From Myxococcota bacterium (GTDB lineage: Bacteria; Myxococcota_A; UBA9042; PHBI01; JAWLBL01), in contig JAWLBL010000003.1 of the NCBI GenBank assembly GCA_041687695.1, positions 87,660 to 151,659 on the forward strand: a DNA stretch of 64,000 nucleotides. The letters are read 5' to 3'. The translations under genes were made by a program, and so were the position numbers. Each line of letters begins with the position of its first letter. Position 1 is the stretch's first letter. The notes beneath the pieces are model-generated. The model had not been told where the DNA came from. It saw nothing but the letters and a program-made list of their open reading frames with translations, and ran no database searches. Shown here one piece after another: positions 47,584 to 59,264 of this stretch.

Positions 47584-50196
47584 ATGGCGATGGTGTTGAG
47601 GAGACTCCGCACGCTGAAGGTGACCCGCTCGGCCATGGCCGCGGCGCTGGCCCTGACGATCACGATGCCCGCGCCGGCCGCGGCCTGTCCGACGCCGGGG
47701 GCGGCGGCCGCGGTCGCCGAGGCCTTCGTCGCGGCGCCGCCCAAGGGCAAGCCGGTGGCGACCAAGGGCGGCGCGGCCGCCAAGCCGTCGGCCAAGGAGC
47801 TGAAGATCCAGCGCCACCTGACGATGGCGCAGTACTACCTGCTGCGCGAGAACGATCCCAAGCTGGCGATGAAGGAGTACCAGGCCGTGCTGCGGCTCGA
47901 TCGGGCGCACACCCGCGCGGGGCTCGAGCTGGCGGAGCTGCAGGTGCGCGCCGGCGACGGCAAGAAGGCCCTCGCGACGCTGAAGAAGCTGACCAAGGCG
48001 GCGCCCAAGGATCCGGCGCCCTGGTACGGCCTGGGCGTCGCCCACCTCAAGGCCAAGGACCCCAAGGCCGCGCTCGCCGCCTTCGAACAGGTCCTCGCCG
48101 TCGCCCCGGGCCACGCCGACGCCCACCGCGAGAAGGCCGCCATCCTGCTCGATCGCGTCCGCGCGGGTGAGGTGGCGCTCAAGGACCAGCTGGCGACGCA
48201 CCTGCGGCTGTTCATCCATCACGCCAAGCGCGACCACTCGCCGCAGTACAAGCTGGCGCAGCGCCTGCTGGCCGAGCTCGAGGGTGGCGAGCTGGCGCTG
48301 ACGATCTTCGACGCCAAGACCGCCTACGACGCCGCCTTCACCGAAAACCGCATCGGCGTCATCAACCAGCACATGGGCCGGGCGCGCCGCGGCTTCGAGC
48401 GCTGCCGCGAGCTGGCGCCCAAGAACGAGGCCTGCGCCTACTGGCTGGGGATGGTCTACTCGTCGGTCAAGGCGTCCGACCACTACGACCCCGCCAAGGC
48501 CGTCGCCCTGTTCCGGGCCGCGGCGTCCGTCCCCGAGGCCCACGTCGAGCTGGCCCGCGTGGCGCGGCGCGAGGACGACATGCAGGCGGCGCGCACGGCG
48601 CTCGAGGCGGCGCTCAAGCTCGACCCGGGCCACCAGACGGCCCTGCTCGAGCTGGGCATCCTGCACAAGGTCGAGGGGCGCGACGACGACGCCGTCGCGG
48701 CGCTGCTCAAGGCCTACCAGGTCGACCGGCACTCGCACCTGGCCGCCAAGGCCGTCGGCGAGCTGGCCCTCATCCGCCCCGACCACCAGCTGGTCCTGTC
48801 GTCGCTGCGCTACGGCTCGATGAAGAGCGACGTGTTCTCGACCGAGAAGTTCAAGGGCGCCATCACCGAGCTCGAGCGGCGCATGGGCGGCCTCGACCCG
48901 ACGGCGGCCGAGCAGAAGGTCCTCGAGGCGGTGCTCGAGCGCATCATCGAGGCCAACGGGATCTCCCGGACCGACTACACCTTCAAGGTGTCGGTCATGA
49001 ACACGAAGATCGTCAACGCCTTCGCGGTCCCCAACGGCAACATCTACTTCACCAAGGGCTTCTTCGAGATGCTGAAGAAGTCCTGGCCCGATCGGCCCAT
49101 CGACGAGCACCACGACGTGCTCGGCCACGTCATGGCCCACGAGGTGGTGCACGTCATCCGGCAGCACACGGTGCGCCAGCAGGTCTACCGTGAGGCGGTC
49201 GCCGACGCCGATCGCCACCTGGACCCGGCCGTGCTGACGCACGTCACGCGCATCCACGAGATCGAGGCCGACCGCGACGGCATCGTGCTGGCCTTCCTGG
49301 CCGGCTACCACCCGCGCGGCGGCATCGAGTTCATGGAGTCGCGCGGCACGCACGAGGAGATCCCGAGCCACCTCGATCACCCGACCTACGACGAGCGCAT
49401 CCACTACCTCGAGGAGTACTGGTCCAACGACGTCAAGTACGCCTGGATGAGCTTCAGCTTCGGGCTGCAGAAGATGGAGGAGGCCGCCCGCGCCGAGGCG
49501 GAGGACGTCTCGCGGGCGGCGGGGCTGTACGGCGGGGCCATCGAGGACTTCAAGCGCTACCGGGACACGCTGATCGCGTCCAAGGAGATCCTGAACAACA
49601 TGGGGATCGCCTACGCGAAGCTCGGCGTGTTCGCGACGGTCGACGGGCAGAGCCCGCTGAGCCGTTGGAGCACCGGGTTTTCCGTCGAGCGGGACCTTGC
49701 GCTGAAGTACGTCAGCGTGCGCAAGGCCGAGGCGCAGCAGGTCGCGCGCAAGCGCAGCGGCTCCGAGGGCGGTGACAAGGAGCCGTGGCAGCTCAAGCAG
49801 GCCGTGGCCCTGTTCCGCGAGGCGCTGCGCCAGGCGCCGGACTACCAGCGGGCGCGCGTGAACCTGGCGACCGCCTACCTGGCGCTCGGCCGGCTCGACG
49901 ACGCCTCTCGCACCCTGGCCGAGGTGAAGGCGGGCGGCGAGGTCGACCCGAGCGAGGTGATGAACCTGCAGGGGGTCGTCGACGCCGAGGCCGGCCGCGG
50001 CGACAAGGCCGTCGAAGCGTTCCGGGCCGCCGCCAAGGGCGCCGCCGCGCGCGAGGCCGCCAGCTTCAACGTCGCCGTGGCCCTCGAGCGGGCCGGCAAG
50101 AAGGGCGAGGCCCAGGCCGCCTACCAGAGCTTCGTGCAGGCCTTCCCCGACAGCGTGTGGGCGCGCAGCGCCAAGCGAGCGATCGAGGTGAAGTGA
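47584..50196 (+). CDS. Exported TPR protein with central M48 metallopeptidase domain
   Basis: Hydrophobic N-terminus; TPRs on both sides; VNAFAVPNG, AHEVVH (HExxH), EIEADRDG, HP...ERI. Confidence 0.9.
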   Translation: MAMVLRRLRTLKVTRSAMAAALALTITMPAPAAACPTPGAAAAVAEAFVAAPPKGKPVATKGGAAAKPSAKELKIQRHLTMAQYYLLRENDPKLAMKEYQAVLRLDRAHTRAGLELAELQVRAGDGKKALATLKKLTKAAPKDPAPWYGLGVAHLKAKDPKAALAAFEQVLAVAPGHADAHREKAAILLDRVRAGEVALKDQLATHLRLFIHHAKRDHSPQYKLAQRLLAELEGGELALTIFDAKTAYDAAFTENRIGVINQHMGRARRGFERCRELAPKNEACAYWLGMVYSSVKASDHYDPAKAVALFRAAASVPEAHVELARVARREDDMQAARTALEAALKLDPGHQTALLELGILHKVEGRDDDAVAALLKAYQVDRHSHLAAKAVGELALIRPDHQLVLSSLRYGSMKSDVFSTEKFKGAITELERRMGGLDPTAAEQKVLEAVLERIIEANGISRTDYTFKVSVMNTKIVNAFAVPNGNIYFTKGFFEMLKKSWPDRPIDEHHDVLGHVMAHEVVHVIRQHTVRQQVYREAVADADRHLDPAVLTHVTRIHEIEADRDGIVLAFLAGYHPRGGIEFMESRGTHEEIPSHLDHPTYDERIHYLEEYWSNDVKYAWMSFSFGLQKMEEAARAEAEDVSRAAGLYGGAIEDFKRYRDTLIASKEILNNMGIAYAKLGVFATVDGQSPLSRWSTGFSVERDLALKYVSVRKAEAQQVARKRSGSEGGDKEPWQLKQAVALFREALRQAPDYQRARVNLATAYLALGRLDDASRTLAEVKAGGEVDPSEVMNLQGVVDAEAGRGDKAVEAFRAAAKGAAAREAASFNVAVALERAGKKGEAQAAYQSFVQAFPDSVWARSAKRAIEVK

Positions 50197-50451
50197 CGAC
50201 GGGCCGGGGCGCCGCGGATCGCGCGGCGCGCCTGGTCCAGGGCCGGTCCGCGCGCGGACGGGGCACACGGGGGGGCGGCGCTCGCGGGCGCGCGCCCCTT
50301 CGTCGTTCCGGGGCGTTGGCCGGGCGCGTATTCGGGCGTATTCCAGCGGTGCGCGGATTGGGGACGGGGCCGTGATCGGCGTGGGGGCGCGTGTTATGCA
50401 CGTCCAACACCCCCTCCCCAACCACGCAACGGCCCTCGCCCGAGTAGGCGG

Positions 50452-52137
50452 ATGCACGCACTCACCCCCGTCCGGGAATGCCCGGGTTGCGGCTATCGGG
50501 GCCCCGAGCGGCGCTGCCCCGAAGACGGCTTCCCGACCCTGCCCGAGGCCCGCCTCGACCCCGAGGCCCAGGTCCCGCGCCTGGTCGGGCGCGTCCTCGA
50601 CGAGCGCTGGGAGGTCCTGAACGTCCTCGGCAGCGGCGCGACCGGCTGGGTCTTCCGCGGCCGCCACGTCAGCAGCGACCAGGCCGTCGCCCTCAAGGTC
50701 CTGCGCAAGGGCCCGGCCGAGGAGCCGCGGGCCATCCGCCGCTTCTACCAGGAGGCGCGCGCCACCGCCCGCTTCACGCATCCCAACACCGTGCGGATCT
50801 TCGACTTCGGCGCCTCGGAGGACGGCTTCCTCTACCTGGCGATGGAGCTGCTCGAGGGCGCCTCGCTGGCCCAGACGCTGCGCGAGAGCGGGCCCTTCCG
50901 CCCGGCCCGCGCCGTCACCATCGCCCGACAGGTCTGCGGCGCCCTGAGCGAGGCCCACGGCAAGGGCGTGGTCCACCGCGATCTCAAGCCGGACAACCTC
51001 TTCCTGACGCGGCCCGGCGGCCGCGACGACTTCGTCAAGGTCGTCGACTTCGGCATGGCCAAGCTCCTCGAGGGCGGCGACATCGGCGCGGAGGTGACCC
51101 TGACCGGCTGGATCGTCGGCTCGCCCTCCTACATGGCGCCCGAGCAGGTCCAGTGCCAGCCCATCGACGGCCGCTCCGACCTCTACGCCGTGGGCATGGT
51201 CCTGTACGAGATGCTCACCGGCGCCGCGCCCTTCGCCGGCCCGGTCGAGGAGGTCCTGCGCAAGCAGATCTTCACCCTGCCGCCGCCGCTGCCGGCCGAG
51301 GTCGACGGCTGGCTCCTGCCCGAGTCCCTCCGGCTGCTCGTCCGCGATCTCATCGCCAAGCGCCCCGACGACCGCCCCGCCACCGCCGCGGACGTCGAGC
51401 AGCGCCTCGCCGCCATCGCCGCCGAGCTCGCCGCCCTCGAGCGCGCGACCCCGCAGCCCCTGCCCGGAACGCCCCCGGCGCGGCCCTCGCACGCGTTCAA
51501 GTTCGCCTCGCAAGCCACCCAGTCGTACGTCGGCCCCCGCACCGGGGCCGCCGCGGCCACCCGCCCGGCCCGGCCCCGCTTCCGGCCGGTCGTCCCGGCG
51601 CTCGCCCTCGCCACCGCCGCCATCGTCCTGGGCACCTGGCGCCTCGCCACGGCGCCGTCGTCCCCCGACGGAGCGCCCGCACCGCCCGCGGCGTACCGAC
51701 CCGCGTCGGCCGTCCCCCCGCTGGCTCCCCAGCTGGCGACCACGCCCCCGACCGACCTCGCGCCGCCCACCGCCGCGCCGCCCGCCTCGGCCCAGGTCGG
51801 GCTGGACCGCGCGGCCGCGCCGGCCCTGGTCCTGGTCAGCGACCCGGTCGGCGCGCAGGTGTTCGACGGCGACACCCTCCTCGGCGCGACCCCGGTCGAG
51901 CTCGCGCCCCCCGCGCAGGGCGAACGCCACCTGCGCTTCGTCCTCGACGGCTACGCGCCGGCCCAGCTGACCTTGCGGCCCGGCGAGGAGGGCCCGCGCC
52001 TCGTGCGCCTCGAGCGCGGTCCCCAGGCGCCCCGCGCACGGCGCCCCCCGCGCGACGGCCGCCCTCCGCGCGACGGCGAGCCGGCCAACAAGGCCCGAAA
52101 GGATCCCAAGAGCCCCTATGACATCAACTACTTCTGA
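50452..52137 (+). CDS. Ser/Thr kinase with N-terminal Zn-ribbon, TM segment and PEGA-like domain
   Basis: CPGCG..CPEDG; GSGATG, HRDLKPDN, DFG, YMAPE; SDPVGAQV..LGATP. Confidence 0.92.
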   Translation: MHALTPVRECPGCGYRGPERRCPEDGFPTLPEARLDPEAQVPRLVGRVLDERWEVLNVLGSGATGWVFRGRHVSSDQAVALKVLRKGPAEEPRAIRRFYQEARATARFTHPNTVRIFDFGASEDGFLYLAMELLEGASLAQTLRESGPFRPARAVTIARQVCGALSEAHGKGVVHRDLKPDNLFLTRPGGRDDFVKVVDFGMAKLLEGGDIGAEVTLTGWIVGSPSYMAPEQVQCQPIDGRSDLYAVGMVLYEMLTGAAPFAGPVEEVLRKQIFTLPPPLPAEVDGWLLPESLRLLVRDLIAKRPDDRPATAADVEQRLAAIAAELAALERATPQPLPGTPPARPSHAFKFASQATQSYVGPRTGAAAATRPARPRFRPVVPALALATAAIVLGTWRLATAPSSPDGAPAPPAAYRPASAVPPLAPQLATTPPTDLAPPTAAPPASAQVGLDRAAAPALVLVSDPVGAQVFDGDTLLGATPVELAPPAQGERHLRFVLDGYAPAQLTLRPGEEGPRLVRLERGPQAPRARRPPRDGRPPRDGEPANKARKDPKSPYDINYF

Positions 52138-53086
52138 CCGTCGAACGGGACGCTGCCGGGCCTCGCTCGCGCTGAGCCTGGCCGCCCTGCTGGCGTCCGC
52201 GCCCACCCCGGCCCGCGCCGACGCGTCCGAGCGCTCCGCGTCCGACGCCGAGGCGACCCAGGACGAGGCCGTCCGCGCCCTCATCCGCCAAGGCGAGCAG
52301 CTGTTCGTCCAGCGACGCTACTCCGAAGCCATGGCCGCCTATCGGCGGGCCTATGATCAGACCGGCGCCCACGGGCTGCTGTACATGCTGGCCCGCTGCC
52401 ACGAGGAGCTCGGCGAGCTCGAGGCGGCCATCGATCTGTTCGAGAAGTTCCTGCTGACCTCGCCGCCGCCCGAGGTGCGCGGCAAGGCGTCGGGCGCCCT
52501 GCGCCTGTTGCGCCAGCGGATCACCGAGAGCCGGCTGGTGCTGCAGGTGGCGCCCTTCGGGGCGACCGTGGTGGTCGACGGGCAGGTGGTCGGCGTGGCG
52601 CCCGTCGAGCCGCGCATCGTGACGCCCGGGTGGCACGACATCGAGGTGCGGCACCCGGGCTACGCGGCGGCGCGCGAGCGGGTCCAGGTCCGAGGGGGGC
52701 GCGAGGCGACCGTCGCGGTCGAGCTGGCGCCCGAGGCGCCCGACCGCAAGCATCTCAGGCCCTGGATCTGGGCCAGCGCGGGGGTCGGCGGCGCCCTGGC
52801 GGTCGGGGGCACGATCGCGTGGCTGCTGGGTGAGAGCGATCACGCGGCCGTGGACGACGGAGATCTGACGCAGCGCGAGGCCTATGCGCTGGCGGCGGAC
52901 GGCGACACCAAGAAGACGGCGGGCGCGGTCCTGTGGCTCGGCTCGCTCGCGGCCGGCGGGGCGGCGGTCGTCCTGGCGATCCTGGAGCGCGAGGACGGGG
53001 CGACGCGGACGCGGTCGTCGGCCACGGTCACCGCCGCGCCCGTGCGGGGCGGAGGGGCGGTCATGGTCGAGGGGAGGTTCTGGTGA
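52118..53086 (+). CDS. Exported TPR + PEGA domain protein with C-terminal hydrophobic hairpin
   Basis: Signal peptide, TPR (YRRAY..LLYMLARCHEELG), PEGA (GATVVVDG..G.AP..PGWH.I), terminal GRFW; overlaps the kinase gene. Confidence 0.88.
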   Translation: MTSTTSDRRTGRCRASLALSLAALLASAPTPARADASERSASDAEATQDEAVRALIRQGEQLFVQRRYSEAMAAYRRAYDQTGAHGLLYMLARCHEELGELEAAIDLFEKFLLTSPPPEVRGKASGALRLLRQRITESRLVLQVAPFGATVVVDGQVVGVAPVEPRIVTPGWHDIEVRHPGYAAARERVQVRGGREATVAVELAPEAPDRKHLRPWIWASAGVGGALAVGGTIAWLLGESDHAAVDDGDLTQREAYALAADGDTKKTAGAVLWLGSLAAGGAAVVLAILEREDGATRTRSSATVTAAPVRGGGAVMVEGRFW

Positions 53087-54483
53087 GGGGCGTGTGCGGG
53101 GGGCGGAGCACGTTGGGGGCGGCGGCGCTGATGGTGCTGGGAGGGATCTCGGCGGCCGGGTGTACGGATCCGACGCTCGAGGGGCGGGCCTGGCCCTGCG
53201 GCTCCGACCGGGACTGCGTGACGGGCTACACGTGCGTCGCCGGCTTCTGTCAGGCCATCGGGGGCCTCGACGTCAAGCCGGTCGCCGACGTCCCGCCGCC
53301 GGACGGGCAGCTCGCGGACGTCGAGCCGTCGCCCGGAGCTACCCTCTTCGTCGATGACGACGGCTCGCTCGAAGGCTTCGGCGGCGGCGTCCACACCCAC
53401 ACGCGCTGGGCCGACGACGCGCTGCGCCTCGACGGGGCCGAGGGGCTGTTCGTCTCGCGCGTGATGGACGCCGGCCGGGCGGGAGCGACCTGGACGCGCC
53501 TCGCCTTCCGAACCCTGCAGCCCTTCGGCAAGCCGCTCCCCGGCGGCGGCCAGCAGGAGAGCGGCTACCCCGGGGGCGTGGCCGACATGGGCCAGGCGCT
53601 GCTGCTGCTCGGCTTCGACGGCGGCGCGCCCGAGGACCGCTCGCCGCTGAAGCACGGCCTCACCGTCGTCCCCGGCGAGGGCAGCGGCCTGGTGGGCGAG
53701 GGCGTCCATGGCGGCGGCTATTCGTTCGCGGGCGGCGGGCACCTGGCGCTGGCCGCCCCGGGCGGGCACTTCGACCTGGGCAAGGACGCGCTGTCGGGCG
53801 CCCTGTGGGTCAAGACCGAGGCCTGCGAGGGGACGCTCCTGAGCCTGCGCGCGCCGGGCGGTGGCCGCGAGGTGGCCCTGAGCTGCCGCCACGACGACTG
53901 CGACGGCCGTCCGCGCCTGCGCGTTCAGCCCAGCAAGGGGGGCGCGGCCGAGCTCTGCGTCCCCCTGGCCATCGCCGACGGCGCCTGGCATCACCTGGCC
54001 TTCGTGAAGGCGGGCGGCGGCGACCAGAGGGTCTCGATCTACCTCGACGGCGTCCGCGCGCCCGACGACGACGGGCTCTTCCCGGGCGGCGACCTGGCCT
54101 TCGGCGGCGACGTGCAGGTCGCGGTGGGGGCGAGCGGCGACGGCAGCGCGGCCGCGCAGGGCGTGGCCGTCGACGAGGTGGCCCTGTGGCGGCGCGCGTT
54201 GAGCGCCGACGACATCCGCGCCCTGCACGCCCGTGGTGTGGGCCGCGTCCAGGTGCAGGTGCGGACCTGCGTCGCGGACGACTGCGCCGACGCAGCGTTC
54301 GTGGGGCCGGACGGCACCCCCGACAGCTGGTTCGAGGACCCGGAGGGCGCGCTGACGCCGCCGGACGTCGACCTCAGCCTGCCGCCGGGGCGCTACTTCC
54401 AGTACCGGACTCGCCTGGTCTCGTTCCGCGCTGCGGCAGGTCCCGCGCTGGTCCGGGTCGAGGTGCAGGCTCAGGCGCCCTGA
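53083..54483 (+). CDS. Lipoprotein with LamG-like jellyroll domain
   Basis: Lipobox AAGC, short Cys-rich knot, LWVK..DGAWHHLA..YLDG..VDEVALWRRALSADDI; GTGA overlap with the upstream gene. Confidence 0.85.
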   Translation: MRGVCGGRSTLGAAALMVLGGISAAGCTDPTLEGRAWPCGSDRDCVTGYTCVAGFCQAIGGLDVKPVADVPPPDGQLADVEPSPGATLFVDDDGSLEGFGGGVHTHTRWADDALRLDGAEGLFVSRVMDAGRAGATWTRLAFRTLQPFGKPLPGGGQQESGYPGGVADMGQALLLLGFDGGAPEDRSPLKHGLTVVPGEGSGLVGEGVHGGGYSFAGGGHLALAAPGGHFDLGKDALSGALWVKTEACEGTLLSLRAPGGGREVALSCRHDDCDGRPRLRVQPSKGGAAELCVPLAIADGAWHHLAFVKAGGGDQRVSIYLDGVRAPDDDGLFPGGDLAFGGDVQVAVGASGDGSAAAQGVAVDEVALWRRALSADDIRALHARGVGRVQVQVRTCVADDCADAAFVGPDGTPDSWFEDPEGALTPPDVDLSLPPGRYFQYRTRLVSFRAAAGPALVRVEVQAQAP

Positions 54484-54625
54484 CACCGGCGTCGGGCCTC
54501 GAACCGCACGGTGCGCCGCGGCGTTGTCACAGGGCGCCGCGACCTTCGAAAACGCGCGGGGCGCCGCGACCCTGCAGTCACGGCGCCCCGCGGTGTTCAC
54601 CCGGGGCTACGGGCCCCGGGGGTCG

Positions 54626-56380
<1,755 letters not shown>

Positions 56381-56582
56381 GAAGGGTCCCCCGGGAATTG
56401 ACGTCTGGGGGCTCCATGCCGCGCGTCGGTGGGTTTGGCAAGTTCATTTAGTTGGCGGGCGGGGCGAGGCACGGCGCCTTGATCTGCGGGGCGTCGGGCG
56501 GGAAGATGGTCGCCCCGTCTCGACGCGTAGCGCGTGGTCGCCTGCGGCAGCGCAGGGACGGTTGGACCCGAGGAGGTGGAAG

Positions 56583-57668
56583 ATGCGAGCGACAACGAAG
56601 GCACGTCGGTGGCTGGCGTTGGTGGTCGGGCTGGCGGCGCTGACGCTCGGCGGCGTCGCGGCGGCAGGTCCGCAGGAGGACTGGGAGGCGGCCTACAAGG
56701 CGGGCGCGCAGGCCTTCGCCAAGAAGGACTATCGCGAGGCCGAGAAGCACCACCTGGCGGCCTACAAGATCGCCTACGACATCGGGGGTGCGGACCCGCG
56801 CTACCTCAAGTCGGTGCAGGCCTTGAGCGACCTGTACTGGGCCGAGCGGCAGTACGCGGCGGCGCTGCCGATGGTCAAGGAGGCCCTGGACATGCAGCAG
56901 GCCGTGCTCGGACCCGACCACATCACCGTCGCGCAGACGCTCAACCGGCTGGCGATGGTGCACCACATGATGAAGAACTACGACGAGGCCGAGCCCAACT
57001 ACGAGCGGGCCCTGGACGTCCTGCGCAAGCACCTCGGGCCCGACCACGCCTCGCTGGCCAAGGTGCGCAACAACCTGGGCGAGCTGTACCGGCGCAAGAA
57101 GTCCTGGGACAAGGTCGAGGCGCTGCTGAAGCAGGCGCTGGCCGACAAGGAGGCGAAGTTCGGGCCCGAGCACGAGTCACTCGCCTCGAGCCTCAACGAC
57201 CTCGCGATGTTCTACAAGGACACCGGCAAACCGGCCGAGGCCGAGCCCCTGTTCGTGCGCGCCGTCGCCATCGCCGAGACGATCCACGCCAAGAACGACC
57301 AGACCCTGGGGACCTGCCTGCACAACCTGGGTGAGCTGCGCTACGAGCAGCAGAAGTACGACGACGCGCTGGCGCTCTATCGGAGGGCGCTCGAGGTGCG
57401 CGAGGCCCAGCTCGGGCCGAAGCACCCGCACGTCGCCTCGACGCTGAACAACCTGGGCAACCTGTACTTCAAGCGGGGCGAGGACGCCGAGGCCGAGGCG
57501 GCCTACAAGCGCGCCATCGACATCCGCAAGGAGGAGTTCGGCCGCTTCCACGCGAGCGTCGCGACCACGCTCGGCAACTACATGGCTCTGCTGACCAAGA
57601 TGGGACGCGACGTCGACGCCATGGCCATCCAGGCCGAGATCGACGCCATCAAGGCCCGCCGGAAGTAG
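56583..57668 (+). CDS. Exported TPR protein (kinesin-light-chain-like repeats)
   Basis: GGAGG RBS, signal peptide, repeats LG.DH..VA.TLNNL..LY. Confidence 0.9.
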   Translation: MRATTKARRWLALVVGLAALTLGGVAAAGPQEDWEAAYKAGAQAFAKKDYREAEKHHLAAYKIAYDIGGADPRYLKSVQALSDLYWAERQYAAALPMVKEALDMQQAVLGPDHITVAQTLNRLAMVHHMMKNYDEAEPNYERALDVLRKHLGPDHASLAKVRNNLGELYRRKKSWDKVEALLKQALADKEAKFGPEHESLASSLNDLAMFYKDTGKPAEAEPLFVRAVAIAETIHAKNDQTLGTCLHNLGELRYEQQKYDDALALYRRALEVREAQLGPKHPHVASTLNNLGNLYFKRGEDAEAEAAYKRAIDIRKEEFGRFHASVATTLGNYMALLTKMGRDVDAMAIQAEIDAIKARRK

Positions 57669-57700
57669 CCATCGCTCGCAGGCGCGCCAGAGCGGGTCGC

Positions 57701-59077
57701 CTACTCGCAGGCGCGCCGGACGCCGCCGTCACAGGCTCTCTTGCGCAGCGCGGCGGCCCGGTCCGGATCGGCGGCGCCCCCGCGCCCGGCCTCGAACATC
57801 GAGGCCAGGTCGGCGCAGGCCTGGGCGAGCCCGGCGTCGCAAGCCGTGGTGAAGTCGCGGCGGGCCCCGGTCGGGTCGGCCGCGGCGCCAGCGCCCTCTT
57901 CGAGCACCACGGCGTGGTGGTGGCACCCCTGGGGATCGCCGGCAGCGCAGGCGCGAGCGAGCAGCGTCCGCGCGGCCGACGCCGCCGATCCCTCACCCGG
58001 ATCGACCGCGAGCCCGCGCGCGAGCGCCACCGCGAAGACCCCGCAGGCCCGGGCCGACCCTGCATCGCACCATCGGCGAAGGTCCCGCGCGGCCGTGTCG
58101 TCCCCGGACCTCGGACCGGCTCCGGCGGTCGCGGTCGCCTCGATCTTCAGGGCCGCGCCTGCCGCGCAGGCGTCGGCGTGGCCCAGCTTGCAGGCGCGCT
58201 CGAAGGCGGTGGCGGCCCCTTCGCGGTCCACGGCCCCGCCCGCGCCGTGCAGCCGCATGAGGCCCAACCCATGGCAGCTGACGACGTGATCGCCCGCGCA
58301 AGCCTTGTCGCGGGCGGCGCGGTCGAGCGGCGCGGCCGTCCGCAGGTCCGGCGGCAGCGCGGGCGTCAGCGTCAGGCGCGCCAGCACGGCGGGCGCGATG
58401 GCAGGCGCGGTCGTGCGGGGGCCCGCCTCGGCGTCCGGGCGGGGGCCCTCCTCCAGCTTCTGCCGGGCTTCGTCCGGCGTCGTCCCGAGCTGCACGCACA
58501 CGCCGGGCTCGCCCGCGGCGCACGCGCGGCGCCAGTGGAGACTTGCCAGCTTGGCGTCGGCCTCGCCGCCCTGCCCGCGCTTGTAGGCGTTCCCCAGGTC
58601 GAAGCAGGCCTTGGCGTGTCCGGCCGCGCACGCCGTGTCGAGCGCCTGACGTCCCGCGGCCCCGTCCGCGTCCCCGCCTTCGCCGCGCAGCCGCATCAGC
58701 CCCAGCTGCCAGCAGCCGTCGGCGTCACCCGCACCGCAGGCCCGCTCGAAGAGCAGGCGCGCCTTGGCGACATCCTCGGGGCCGCCCAGCCCGTAGCGCC
58801 AGCTCTGCCCGAGCCGGAAGCAGGCGCCGCCGACGCCGCCCTCGCAGGCGCGCTCGAAGAGGCCGCGGGCCTTGGCGTGGTCCTGCGGGCCCGAGTCGCC
58901 CTCGTCCCACAGCACGCCGAGCTGGTGACATGCGCCGTAATCGCTCTGGGCGCAGCGCTTGGTCAAGGTGCTGCGTGAGGGGCCGCGCGCGTCGGCGTGC
59001 GCCGGCGCGACGAGGGGCGGCGAGAGCAGGAGAGCGAGGCCCATGGCGGCGGGGATCGTGCGGACGGCGAGTGGCAT
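57701..59077 (-). CDS. Exported Cys-bridged Sel1-like repeat protein (Hcp-like)
   Basis: Signal peptide; repeats AC..LG....G.GG..D...A..LFERAC. Confidence 0.88.
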   Translation of the reverse strand: MPLAVRTIPAAMGLALLLSPPLVAPAHADARGPSRSTLTKRCAQSDYGACHQLGVLWDEGDSGPQDHAKARGLFERACEGGVGGACFRLGQSWRYGLGGPEDVAKARLLFERACGAGDADGCWQLGLMRLRGEGGDADGAAGRQALDTACAAGHAKACFDLGNAYKRGQGGEADAKLASLHWRRACAAGEPGVCVQLGTTPDEARQKLEEGPRPDAEAGPRTTAPAIAPAVLARLTLTPALPPDLRTAAPLDRAARDKACAGDHVVSCHGLGLMRLHGAGGAVDREGAATAFERACKLGHADACAAGAALKIEATATAGAGPRSGDDTAARDLRRWCDAGSARACGVFAVALARGLAVDPGEGSAASAARTLLARACAAGDPQGCHHHAVVLEEGAGAAADPTGARRDFTTACDAGLAQACADLASMFEAGRGGAADPDRAAALRKRACDGGVRRACE

Positions 59078-59264
59078 GGGCGGACCCCGGGGTCTGGTCG
59101 GTGGAGGCGCCGATGCTACACGACAGGTCCGCGGGATCGCCATCGGCGCGGGATGGCGCCCCGTCGCGCGGCTGCGCTGTCACCGGAATACACCGGTGTG
59201 GTAGTCTGGGACGCCGTCCGTCCGTCCGGGCGACGGCGCGGGGACGCGGTAGGGAGGAGAGGTC

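Noticed and set aside
47524..52284. 1586-aa minus-strand ORF and similar giant ORFs (1447-4113, 58725-62657, 40070-43588, 29435-32617, 18397-21453)
   Set aside because: They are antisense or frame-shifted shadows of well-supported genes; high GC suppresses stop codons and the translations lack domain motifs.
54484..54625. Short repeats and hairpins between convergent genes (ggcgccgcgacc twice)
   Set aside because: They are too short and GC-rich to distinguish from chance, with no U-tract; at most a weak terminator.
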